Source: an uncultured Prevotella sp.
GTDB taxonomy: Bacteria; Bacteroidota; Bacteroidia; Bacteroidales; Bacteroidaceae
DNA length: 64,000 nucleotides
Direction of reading: 5' to 3'
NCBI GenBank assembly: GCA_900548745.1
Contig: URLQ01000001.1
Coordinates: 4,842 to 68,841 of the forward strand
How positions within the stretch are numbered: the first letter of the stretch is position 1; every line of letters starts with the position of its first letter. This document shows, piece after piece, positions 39,551-48,725 of the stretch. The notes beneath the pieces were generated by a model. It was not told where the DNA came from. It did not search any database and saw nothing but the letters and a program-made list of their open reading frames with translations. A program made the position numbers and the translations under genes.

Positions 39551-42500
39551 TTAAGCCTCAGTAGCGTCTGACCAGTCCTCCTTAGACTTGCGGATATAGC
39601 TTGCATAACGCAGCTTAGCCATATTCTCAGTAGCGGCGAACAGAGCATCTGCCTCGTTAGGGAATGCCTTCTTGACAGACATGAAGCGAACCTCGTGCAT
39701 CAGATAATCCTGGAACTTGCTCCAGTCTGGCTCCTTAGAGTCAAGGATGAATGGGTTCTTGCCTTCCTTAGCCAGCTCTGGGTTGAAACGCCACAGCTGC
39801 CAGTAACCGCAATCAACGGCACGAGCCTCCTCAGCCTGGCTACGTCCCATACCGCCCTTGATCTTCAGACCGTGGTTGATACATGGAGCGTAAGCGATAA
39901 CGAGTGATGGTCCAGGATAAGCCTCTGCCTCACGGATAGCCTTCAAGCACTGTGCGTTGTCGGCACCCATAGCAACCTGAGCTACATATACATAGCCGTA
40001 AGTTGTAGCAATCATACCGAGGTCCTTCTTACGTACTCTCTTACCACGAGCAGCGAACTGTGCGATAGCGCCGAGTGGAGTAGCCTTAGAAGACTGACCA
40101 CCTGTGTTAGAGTAAACCTCAGTATCGAGAACGAGCAGGTTTACATCCTCGCCAGAAGCGATAACGTGGTCAAGACCGCCGTAACCGATATCATAAGAAG
40201 CACCGTCACCACCGATAATCCACTGTGAACGCTTTACGAGATAGTGATCAAGAGTCTTCAGCTCCTTGCAAACCTCGCAGCCTGCAGCAGCGCCTTCCTC
40301 GATGAATGGCTTGAGCTTAGCGGCAGCAACCTTAGATGCGTCTGCATCATCCTTGCTTGCGATCCACTCCTTGGCAGCAGCCTTGTAGTCGTCAGAAGCC
40401 TTCTCATTAGCGATAACCTCGTTAAGAAGAACTTCAACGCGCTCCTTCATCTTCTTGTTACCAAGTACCATACCCATACCGAACTCGCAGAAGTCCTCGA
40501 ACAAAGAGTTGTCGAATGCAGGACCCTGACCCTTCTCGTTTGTTGTATATGGTGTAGATGGTATAGAAGCAGAATAGATAGAAGAACAACCAGTAGCGTT
40601 GGCAATCATCTGACGGTCACCGAACAGCTGAGCAACCAACTTAACGTATGGAGTCTCACCACAACCAGAGCAAGCGCCTGAGAACTCAAACAGAGGAGTT
40701 GCGAACTGAGAGTTCTTTGGATTAGACTTGATGTCGATAAGATCCTGCTTTGTCTTAACCTGGTGTACGAGATACTCCCAACGAGCAGCCTCGTCGTTAG
40801 CCTCCTGCTCACCAGCACGGAACGGAACCATCTTGAGAGCCTTCTCCAGCTCACCGGTCTCCTTGTTCTTCTTGCCAGGACATACGTCAACACAGTTACC
40901 GCAACCAAGACAGTCAAGAACAGACGGCTCGATTACGAAGTGCATACCCTTCATTGCTGCAGGAGCCTTCATCTCGATAGTATTGCCTGTGAAGCCAGCA
41001 AGTTCCTCGTCGTTAAGAACGAATGGGCGGATTGCTGAGTGAGGGCAGACGAATGAACACTTGTTACACTGGATACAGTTCTCTGAATTCCAAGTCGGAA
41101 CGAAAGCCTCAACACCACGCTTCTCGTAAGCAGCAGTACCATTCTGCCATGTACCGTCTACGGTGTTATGCTTAACGAAGTCAGAAACCTTCAGCAAGTC
41201 ACCTGCCTGAGCGTTGATAGGACGAACGAGCTCCTTAACGAATGCCGGTGCGTTGTCTTCCTTAACCTCATCATCTGGAAGGTTAGCCCATGCTGGGTCT
41301 ACTGTCAGCTGCTTGTACTCGTTACCACGGTCAACAGCCTTGTAGTTCAGATTAACGACATCCTCACCCTTCTTACCGTAAGACTTAACGATGAACTTCT
41401 TCATCTGCTCTACGGCGAGTTCTACTGGAATGACGCCTGTGATACGGAAGAATGCACTCTGAAGGATAGTGTTGGTACGGTTACCAAGACCGATTTCCTG
41501 TGCAATCTTTGTTGCATTGATTGTATATACTGTGATATTGTTCTGAGCGAAGTAACGCTTTACCTTGTTAGGCATGAAGTCAACAAGCTCCTGTCCGTCG
41601 AAGATTGTGTTCAGAAGGAATGTACCGTTCTTCTGCAGACCACGTGTCACGTCATACATATGGAGGTAAGCCTGTACGTGGCAAGCCACGAAGTTAGGAG
41701 TGTTTACCAAGTATGTAGAGTGGATTTCGTGGTCACCGAAACGCAAGTGTGAGCAAGTGAAACCACCTGACTTCTTTGAGTCGTATGAGAAGTAAGCCTG
41801 GCAATACTTGTTGGTGTTGTCACCGATAATCTTTACAGAGTTCTTGTTAGCACCTACAGTACCGTCAGCACCAAGTCCGTAGAACTTAGCCTCGAACATA
41901 CCTTCGCCACCCATTGGAATCTCCTCAACCTCTGGAAGAGAAGTGAATGTAACGTCGTCTATGATACCAACAGTGAAGTGGTTCTTAGGCTCGTCGAGTG
42001 ACAGGTTGTTGAATACTGCGATAATCTTGGCAGGTGTAGTATCGTTTGAACCAAGACCATAACGTCCGCCAACGATAACAGGCTTGTTTTCAACATCATA
42101 GAATGCGCTCTTAACGTCAAGATACAATGGCTCTCCCTCAGCTCCCGGCTCCTTTGTACGGTCGAGAACAGCAATCTTCTTGCAAGACTGTGGAACGGCA
42201 GCGAGCAAGTGCTTAACGCTGAACGGACGATAGAGGTGTACGCTTACCATACCAACCTTCTCACCCTTAGCTGTCAGGTAGTCGATAGCCTCACGAGCAG
42301 CCTCTGTAGCTGAACCCATCAGGATGATTACGCGCTCTGCATCAGCAGCTCCGTAGTAATCGAAGAGGTGGTGCTCACGACCTGTAATCTTGCCAAGCTC
42401 CTGCATGTAATGCTCTACGACTTCAGGAATCTTGTCGTATGCAGCGTTGCAAGCCTCACGGTGTGTGAAGAATGTCTCAGGGTTCTCGGCTGTACCGCGT

Positions 42501-43150
42501 GTTACAGGACGCTCTGGAGTAAGCGCACGGTCACGGAAACGCTTGATGTCAGCCGGGTCAACCAACTTGGCAACCTCGTTCTGGTCGAGCTCCTCAATCT
42601 TATGATACTCATGAGATGTACGGAAACCGTCGAAGAAGTTGATGAAAGGAATGTCTGTCTTCAATGTTGCGAGGTGTGGAACAGCAGAAAGATCCATTAC
42701 TTCCTGAACAGAACCAGAGCAGAACATTGCGAAACCTGTCTGACGACAAGCCATAACATCCATGTGGTCACCGAAAATACAGAGTGAGTGTGAAGCCAAT
42801 GTTCTTGCTGAAACATTGAAGACGCATGGCAGCATCTCACCTGCAATCTTGTACATATTTGGAATCATCAGCAACAGACCCTGTGAAGCGGTGAATGTTG
42901 TTGTAAGTGCGCCAGCCTGAAGAGAACCGTGTACAGCACCTGCTGCACCACCCTCAGACTGCATTTCCTGAACGCTGACTGTCTGTCCCCAGATATTCTT
43001 TCGACCTCTTGCGGCCCACTCGTCTACATGCTCCGCCATCGGAGAAGACGGTGTGATAGGATAAATGGCAGCTACCTCAGAGAACATATAGCTCACATGA
43101 GCGGCAGCCTCGTTACCATCACAAGTGATAAACTTTTTTTCTTTAGCCAT
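39551..43150 (-). CDS. nifJ: Pyruvate:ferredoxin (flavodoxin) oxidoreductase
   Basis: AIYPITPSS, MQSEGGA, two ferredoxin CxxCxxCxxxCP motifs, GACSGCGE and GGDG. Confidence 0.97.
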   Translation of the reverse strand: MAKEKKFITCDGNEAAAHVSYMFSEVAAIYPITPSSPMAEHVDEWAARGRKNIWGQTVSVQEMQSEGGAAGAVHGSLQAGALTTTFTASQGLLLMIPNMYKIAGEMLPCVFNVSARTLASHSLCIFGDHMDVMACRQTGFAMFCSGSVQEVMDLSAVPHLATLKTDIPFINFFDGFRTSHEYHKIEELDQNEVAKLVDPADIKRFRDRALTPERPVTRGTAENPETFFTHREACNAAYDKIPEVVEHYMQELGKITGREHHLFDYYGAADAERVIILMGSATEAAREAIDYLTAKGEKVGMVSVHLYRPFSVKHLLAAVPQSCKKIAVLDRTKEPGAEGEPLYLDVKSAFYDVENKPVIVGGRYGLGSNDTTPAKIIAVFNNLSLDEPKNHFTVGIIDDVTFTSLPEVEEIPMGGEGMFEAKFYGLGADGTVGANKNSVKIIGDNTNKYCQAYFSYDSKKSGGFTCSHLRFGDHEIHSTYLVNTPNFVACHVQAYLHMYDVTRGLQKNGTFLLNTIFDGQELVDFMPNKVKRYFAQNNITVYTINATKIAQEIGLGNRTNTILQSAFFRITGVIPVELAVEQMKKFIVKSYGKKGEDVVNLNYKAVDRGNEYKQLTVDPAWANLPDDEVKEDNAPAFVKELVRPINAQAGDLLKVSDFVKHNTVDGTWQNGTAAYEKRGVEAFVPTWNSENCIQCNKCSFVCPHSAIRPFVLNDEELAGFTGNTIEMKAPAAMKGMHFVIEPSVLDCLGCGNCVDVCPGKKNKETGELEKALKMVPFRAGEQEANDEAARWEYLVHQVKTKQDLIDIKSNPKNSQFATPLFEFSGACSGCGETPYVKLVAQLFGDRQMIANATGCSSIYSASIPSTPYTTNEKGQGPAFDNSLFEDFCEFGMGMVLGNKKMKERVEVLLNEVIANEKASDDYKAAAKEWIASKDDADASKVAAAKLKPFIEEGAAAGCEVCKELKTLDHYLVKRSQWIIGGDGASYDIGYGGLDHVIASGEDVNLLVLDTEVYSNTGGQSSKATPLGAIAQFAARGKRVRKKDLGMIATTYGYVYVAQVAMGADNAQCLKAIREAEAYPGPSLVIAYAPCINHGLKIKGGMGRSQAEEARAVDCGYWQLWRFNPELAKEGKNPFILDSKEPDWSKFQDYLMHEVRFMSVKKAFPNEADALFAATENMAKLRYASYIRKSKEDWSDATEA

Positions 43151-43275
43151 TTTAATAAAAAATTAATGTTAATGTATCCAATTGTTTCTCTAATACTCTA
43201 TTATTATTCTAATACTCTATTTCTTGTATTCAGCAGTAATTTGTCTTTATATATATAATAAGGTATTACCTTATA

Positions 43276-44463
43276 TTAATATAGGAATCCGAGCAACCAT
43301 AGCGGAAGCATGTTTCCATGACCGATTTCCGTATTGTATCTTGCACAGATGGTGTCGGCGCACATCCTCGGTCTTGTCTGTTTAGTGGCATCAAACACCC
43401 TGAATGTATATTTCTCATCCACCACGTATGATCCGCTCTTTGCCCCTACGTTCACCTTGTGGTCTTTCCAAAGCGCATTGAGGAAGAAGTTCTCCATCAC
43501 GTTCTGCTTCTCCACGTTTATCGGATAAATGGCATACATAAGATTCGGATTATGCATGACCACCATCGGCGGTTTCTTCGGGAAAGCCTGTCCTACAGGA
43601 TATACGATATTTATAAGTCGTGCGTCGGCGAGATACTTGATATAGTTCATCACCGTAGCGCGGCTCGTCTCTATGGCGCTTGCAAGCTTGCTGATATTAG
43701 GGGCTTTTTCCCCGTTTACGGCAAGCAGATAAAACAGTTTCTTTATTTTAGCCAGATATTTCAGTTCTATCTGTTTGATGAACAGAATATCCACCTCCGT
43801 CATCATGTTCATTGTCTTTAGCAGATTCTCCGAATAGTTTCTGTGTTCCCTGAAGAAGGGATAGTATCCATGATGCAGATAATCCTGGAAATATTTCAAA
43901 GGCGAAACATACGGCAGAATCTCCCTTACGATATGTTCATGGTTTTCGATGATATCTTCAAGAGTATAAGGTTTGAACTTGTTTCCGGTCTGCAGGTTGA
44001 GAAACTCCCTGAACGAGAAACCTCTCAGGTTGTAGCTCTTGACGATGCCGTTGAGCTCGGAGCTCTCATCTTTCAGTCTCATCACGCTACTTCCCGTAAA
44101 CACAATCTTCAGCTCAGGGTAAAGGTCGTAACACTGGCGCAGCTCCTTTGCCCAGTTCGGCTCCTTGAAGACCTGGTCTATAAGCAGCGTTCTTCCACCG
44201 TTCCTGTAGAACTCTCCCGCGAAATCGGCAATGCCACGCACCTGGAAATAGAAATTGTTCATATTGACATAAAGACATTTTCTATTGTTTACGTCAACAT
44301 GTTCCTTTGCATATTGCAAAAGAAATGTAGTCTTCCCGACTCCACGCGACCCTTTAATTCCTATCATACGGTCATTCCAGTCTATCTCGTCCATAAGACG
44401 ACGACGGACAGGAGCATCTGTATGCTCTACAAGATAATTGTGTGTTCTGAAGAAAGCTTCCAT
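43276..44463 (-). CDS. AAA-family ATPase (AAA_14-like) with HTH-like region
   Basis: Walker A GSRGVGKTT, Walker B variant LLIDQV, TGSS and FSFREFL. Confidence 0.85.
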   Translation of the reverse strand: MEAFFRTHNYLVEHTDAPVRRRLMDEIDWNDRMIGIKGSRGVGKTTFLLQYAKEHVDVNNRKCLYVNMNNFYFQVRGIADFAGEFYRNGGRTLLIDQVFKEPNWAKELRQCYDLYPELKIVFTGSSVMRLKDESSELNGIVKSYNLRGFSFREFLNLQTGNKFKPYTLEDIIENHEHIVREILPYVSPLKYFQDYLHHGYYPFFREHRNYSENLLKTMNMMTEVDILFIKQIELKYLAKIKKLFYLLAVNGEKAPNISKLASAIETSRATVMNYIKYLADARLINIVYPVGQAFPKKPPMVVMHNPNLMYAIYPINVEKQNVMENFFLNALWKDHKVNVGAKSGSYVVDEKYTFRVFDATKQTRPRMCADTICARYNTEIGHGNMLPLWLLGFLY

Positions 44464-44486
44464 TTCTTTATTTTGATTTATTAATG

Positions 44487-44494
44487 CAAAGATA
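44487..44494 (-). promoter_or_regulatory. -7 promoter element of the AAA ATPase gene
   Basis: Reverse complement TATCTTTG followed by CA. Confidence 0.6.
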
Positions 44495-44737
44495 CTGTAT
44501 ATTTCTTTATTTTCAAACTCTACATTGCAAAATCTTACATTTTTTTTTATTTTTAATATTGTAAACCTATTTTCCTTGAATTATAGAGCACGTTTTGTCT
44601 GATTTTTCCATTTATTCCACTTAAATCCTAACCGGTCATTAATGATTGTCTGTATTTTGATTTTGTTTTTTGAAGAGTGGATTTTGCTTGGCTTTTGATA
44701 AGCAATGGCGAGCTGTTGCAGATTTAAGAACAAGCAT

Positions 44738-44870
44738 AGTTAGTGCCACTTGCGCCACTTGCGCCAATGCGCCAAGCCTCAAAAAAAACAGAAAAAAGGG
44801 TAAATATAGTGTTTTTAGTAGTTTTTATAGTAATTGGCGCTTGGCGCAAGTGGCGCAAGTGGCGCTAACT
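44738..44870. repeat. Long inverted repeat whose arms are built from tandem GCGCCA(CTT) units
   Basis: AGTTAGTGCCACTTGCGCCACTTGCGCCAATGCGCCAA (44738-44775) versus TTGGCGCTTGGCGCAAGTGGCGCAAGTGGCGCTAACT (44834-44870). Confidence 0.9.
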
Positions 44871-44976
44871 CATGTTAATGGAAGCTATGGGGATATGCTC
44901 TACATGGCAGGTTGGAGACAGCAAAATCACGAACCGTTGCAGCCTCGGCTATCAGAAAGTCATCATTTTTCATCGG

Positions 44977-45042
44977 GGTAAACAGGCAAGTTACAACAAG
45001 CAAGCCGGTAAGTTTCTTGGAGAAAGTCGGTAAGTTACTTGA
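44977..45042. repeat. Three 22-bp degenerate units related to the 8842-8951 array
   Basis: GGTAAACAGGCAAGTTACAACA / AGCAAGCCGGTAAGTTTCTTGG / AGAAAGTCGGTAAGTTACTTGA. Confidence 0.65.
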
Positions 45043-45053
45043 AGAAAACAAGC

Positions 45054-45123
45054 GATTAGTGATTGGTGATTAGTGATTAATTATTAGTGATTAATTATTA
45101 GTGAGTGGTGATTAGTGATTAAA
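45054..45123. repeat. Ten tandem 7-bp repeats (consensus GATTAGT)
   Basis: GATTAGT GATTGGT GATTAGT GATTAAT TATTAGT GATTAAT TATTAGT GAGTGGT GATTAGT GATTAAA. Confidence 0.92.
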
Positions 45124-45307
45124 GAAAAGACGAAACACATAAAGCTATCCGACCCCCTATATTAATATAAGGTATTCCGATTATATCATCTATAATCCAC
45201 CGAAAAGCAAAAACTCCCAAAGTGTTCAAGATAAGCCGTTCCGAACAAATTAGCGGTATTTTATTATAAAAAAACATATAAAATGCGGTATTCTACAATT
45301 GTTTGAG

Positions 45308-45315
45308 TAACTTTG
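45308..45315 (+). promoter_or_regulatory. -7 promoter element
   Basis: TAACTTTG followed by CA, upstream of 45351. Confidence 0.65.
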
Positions 45316-45350
45316 CACAATTATTAATGAAATAAAGGAGAGATTGTATC

Positions 45351-46034
45351 ATGAACAAATATATTCTCATAGCAGCCATTATGCTTGTCGCAAAAGGCGC
45401 CAAGGGACAGGACGTCTGGGAAGTGCCCACCGACAACAGCACAAACAATACGGAGATGAAAGCCGCAAAAGGCAACAAGACCGAAAATGGAACCACTAAG
45501 ACATCGCTGAAGAACCCACAATATCTCAGCGGGGCGGTGACGGAAAAAGACGGGAAGGTGGCTTGGGAGCTCAACATAGACCTGAAAGGAAAAACCGCAC
45601 AGCAGATTTATGATGCAACGATAAAGACCTTCCAAAGCTACACCAAACAGGACAACCAGCTCGAAGGCAGCAAGATAGCACTGGTGAACAAGGCGGAGCA
45701 CATCATCGTGGCGCAGGTAAAGGAATGGCTCGTGTTCAAGGATGCCTTCCTTGCCCTTGACAGAGCAAAGCTGCAATATAATCTCGTGGCGACATGCATG
45801 GACGGAAAGCTGAACGTCACCATGGGAAGAATATCATACATCTACGACGGAAACGACGGAAAAGGCGAAACAAAGATATTGGCGGAAGAGGCTATAAACG
45901 ACAAGAACGGACTGAACAAGAAGAAGACAAAGCTCACACCGGGATGGGCAAGGTTCAGAATAAAGACCGTGGACAGGAAAGACGAAGTCTTCAACTACAT
46001 AAAGGAAAAGACAGCTACTTTCCTCGCCGATTAA
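45351..46034 (+). CDS. Secreted protein (DUF4468-like)
   Basis: Signal peptide; YLSGAV, EWLVF...LALDR and FRIKTVD. Confidence 0.75.
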   Translation: MNKYILIAAIMLVAKGAKGQDVWEVPTDNSTNNTEMKAAKGNKTENGTTKTSLKNPQYLSGAVTEKDGKVAWELNIDLKGKTAQQIYDATIKTFQSYTKQDNQLEGSKIALVNKAEHIIVAQVKEWLVFKDAFLALDRAKLQYNLVATCMDGKLNVTMGRISYIYDGNDGKGETKILAEEAINDKNGLNKKKTKLTPGWARFRIKTVDRKDEVFNYIKEKTATFLAD

Positions 46035-46059
46035 GCAAACATATAACCGATAAACATTT

Positions 46060-46317
46060 ATGGACAATATAAATAGCAATACAGACAACGGCACGACGGA
46101 AGAAAGCAATCTCCGTATGCCGGAAAGACATCACAGAAGACAAAAGGAGAGAGGCAAGTTCTTCCTGCTTCGCAACATCCTGAACATCATCTTCATAATA
46201 GGAGCCATAGTGGGCATGCTGGTTTACTTCTTCCAAAACGAAGGAGCCGGCACCGTCATCGTACTCGGAGCCATGGCTTTCAAAATGTGTGAATGCGTTA
46301 TACGACTTGTAAAATGA
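46060..46317 (+). CDS. Small 2-TM hypothetical protein
   Basis: LRNILNIIFIIGAIVG and FKMCECVIR; ATGA overlap with the next gene. Confidence 0.75.
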   Translation: MDNINSNTDNGTTEESNLRMPERHHRRQKERGKFFLLRNILNIIFIIGAIVGMLVYFFQNEGAGTVIVLGAMAFKMCECVIRLVK

Positions 46318-48647
46318 CACGAAGATACATCCTCGCACTGATAGCCCTTGTTGTATCCACGTCCGCAGTATGGGCGCAGGAATACAACCAGCTGAACGAC
46401 GACGGCACTTTTACCGGAGCAAACGACGCTTTCGGAGGCAGAAGAGACTCTACAAAACATAAGGACAAGGTAATACCGAAAGGTCTGAAGGTATGGACTG
46501 TGGATGAACGCTTCGGCGACATCACGGCAGCCCGGCCCGACACGTTGTCGCACATGTTCATGAACTCCATCTTCACCTCCGGAACGAGAGGAGAATACAA
46601 TACTACAGGAAACCTCGGCGCTCCAAGAATAAACCGCGTGTTTGCCGACAGACCCCTCGACGGACAGTTCATCTTCACACAGCCATACGACTACTTCGTA
46701 CAACCCGTAAGCACTTTCAGATTCACGAACACGCTCTCGCCCATAACAAACCTCACATACAACGAGTGTGGCGACCGCACCAACGGCGAAGACCACCTGA
46801 AGGCTCTCTTCGGAATAAACGCAGGAAAAGACCTCGGCATGGGATTCAAGTTCGACTATATATACGGCAGAGGATACTACCAGAACCAAAGCACATCCCA
46901 CTTCAACTACACCATGTATGCATCGTATCTCGGAGAAAGATACAATGCACACTTCCTGTTCTCTACAAACCATCAGAAAGTGACAGAGAACGGAGGTATC
47001 ACCGACGACAGATACATCACACACCCGGAAGTGTTCAACGACGACTTCGGCGAGAACGAAATTCCTACCGTATTGGAGCAGAACTGGAACCGCAACGACA
47101 ACCAGCATATCTTCTTCACCCACAGATACAACGTGGGCTTCAACCGCAAGGTGAAGATGACGGAGGAAGAGATAAAGGCAAGAAAGTTCGCCATAGAATC
47201 GAAAAAGGAGAACGAGAAAGAACGACTGAAGGAACAGGCTCAGAGAAAGGCAAGGAAAGACGGGAAGGACTTTGACGAAGAAGAGTTCGACCGCAAGGGA
47301 AAAGTGTTCTCCGGAAGACCAACCGACGCCAAAATTGCCGGAGAGGAACCTGTTGCCGACAAGACCGCAAACAAGGAAGGACGAATAGCAGTCAGCGGCA
47401 AGGAACAGGCTGACAGCCTCGCCAGCAGCACCTTGGCAAAAGCCAGCGTGGACACTACATGGATGAAAAACGAATACGTACCCGTTACGAGCTTCATCCA
47501 TACTCTGAAATTCGACAACTACAGAAGGATTTACGAGGCTTACAAGACTCCGGAAAACTATTACCTGAGCAAATATGACATCGACGAGCACTTCGGCGGT
47601 GACTCCATATACGACAAGACGAGACACTATTCGCTCAGGAACACTCTTGCCATAGCCATGCTTGAAGGCTTCAACAAATGGGCGAAGGCAGGACTCAAAG
47701 TGTTTGCCACATCTGAGCTGAGGCATTACGCCATGCCGTCACTTAACGGCGGCACCGATTCCTACAACGAGCACAACCTCAGCATAGGAGGACAGCTCAT
47801 AAAGACCGAAGGAAAGGCTTTCCACTATAATGCCACGGCAGAAGCATGGCTGACGGGCGAAGACGCAGGACAGCTGAAGGTGGAGGGCAATGCCGACCTT
47901 AACTTCAAGCTGCTGGGAGATACCGTACAGCTTGCCGCCAAAGCATACTTCTATCGTCTGAACCCTACCTTCTTCTACCGCCATTACCACTCCAAGCATC
48001 TCTGGTGGGACAACGACCTAAGCAAGGAGACACGGACAAGGATTGAAGGACTATTCTCACTGAGAAAGACAAAGACAACCCTCAGAGTTGCCGTTGACAA
48101 CATCAGCAACTATACATATTTCGCACAGAAATACAATATAACCGAGAACTTCGGAAGAACAGGTACCACGGTAAACGTAAAGCAGCACAGCGACAACATC
48201 AGTCTGCTCACCCTGCAGCTGGGACAAGACTTCAAGCTCGGACCGCTGTACTGGGAGAATCTCATCACGTATCAGAAGTCGAGCAACGACGACATCCTTG
48301 CCGTGCCACAGCTGAACGCATACACGAACCTGTATCTGAGATTCAAGATAGCAAGGGTGCTGAAAGTGGACCTGGGTGCCGACGCCAGATATTTCACGAA
48401 GTACAAGGCGCAGGACTACAGCCCGGCACTCGGACAATACACCGTGCAGGACAACGGTGACGCTAATGTGAAGACAGGAAACTATCCGATAGTGAACGTC
48501 TACGCCAACATGCATCTGAAGCAGACAAGGTTTTTCATCATGATGAGCCATGTTAATGCAAGCAACGGAGAGTATTTCCTGACGCCACACTACCCTATCA
48601 ATACGAGGATATTGAGATTCGGACTGTCGTGGAACTTCTTCAACTAA
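46314..48647 (+). CDS. Putative outer-membrane porin (Bacteroidetes type)
   Basis: Signal peptide from ATG 46314; GNLGAP, ENGGI and C-terminal FGLSWNFFN. Confidence 0.85.
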   Translation: MTRRYILALIALVVSTSAVWAQEYNQLNDDGTFTGANDAFGGRRDSTKHKDKVIPKGLKVWTVDERFGDITAARPDTLSHMFMNSIFTSGTRGEYNTTGNLGAPRINRVFADRPLDGQFIFTQPYDYFVQPVSTFRFTNTLSPITNLTYNECGDRTNGEDHLKALFGINAGKDLGMGFKFDYIYGRGYYQNQSTSHFNYTMYASYLGERYNAHFLFSTNHQKVTENGGITDDRYITHPEVFNDDFGENEIPTVLEQNWNRNDNQHIFFTHRYNVGFNRKVKMTEEEIKARKFAIESKKENEKERLKEQAQRKARKDGKDFDEEEFDRKGKVFSGRPTDAKIAGEEPVADKTANKEGRIAVSGKEQADSLASSTLAKASVDTTWMKNEYVPVTSFIHTLKFDNYRRIYEAYKTPENYYLSKYDIDEHFGGDSIYDKTRHYSLRNTLAIAMLEGFNKWAKAGLKVFATSELRHYAMPSLNGGTDSYNEHNLSIGGQLIKTEGKAFHYNATAEAWLTGEDAGQLKVEGNADLNFKLLGDTVQLAAKAYFYRLNPTFFYRHYHSKHLWWDNDLSKETRTRIEGLFSLRKTKTTLRVAVDNISNYTYFAQKYNITENFGRTGTTVNVKQHSDNISLLTLQLGQDFKLGPLYWENLITYQKSSNDDILAVPQLNAYTNLYLRFKIARVLKVDLGADARYFTKYKAQDYSPALGQYTVQDNGDANVKTGNYPIVNVYANMHLKQTRFFIMMSHVNASNGEYFLTPHYPINTRILRFGLSWNFFN

Positions 48648-48725
48648 TTCTACTATAATATATATAATAAGGTGTAACCCATCAAAGGCACACACCTATA
48701 AAGAAAGATAAAAACAAAAGAGATT

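Noticed and set aside
44670..44981. 103-aa ORF with ATCATCA and AQVAQVA repeats
   Set aside because: It is the translation of the inverted-repeat arms, has a TTG start and shows no protein-like features.
44495..45307. Replication origin
   Set aside because: I see no cluster of DnaA boxes, no typical oriC-adjacent genes and no obvious switch in strand composition by eye. Skew was not computed.
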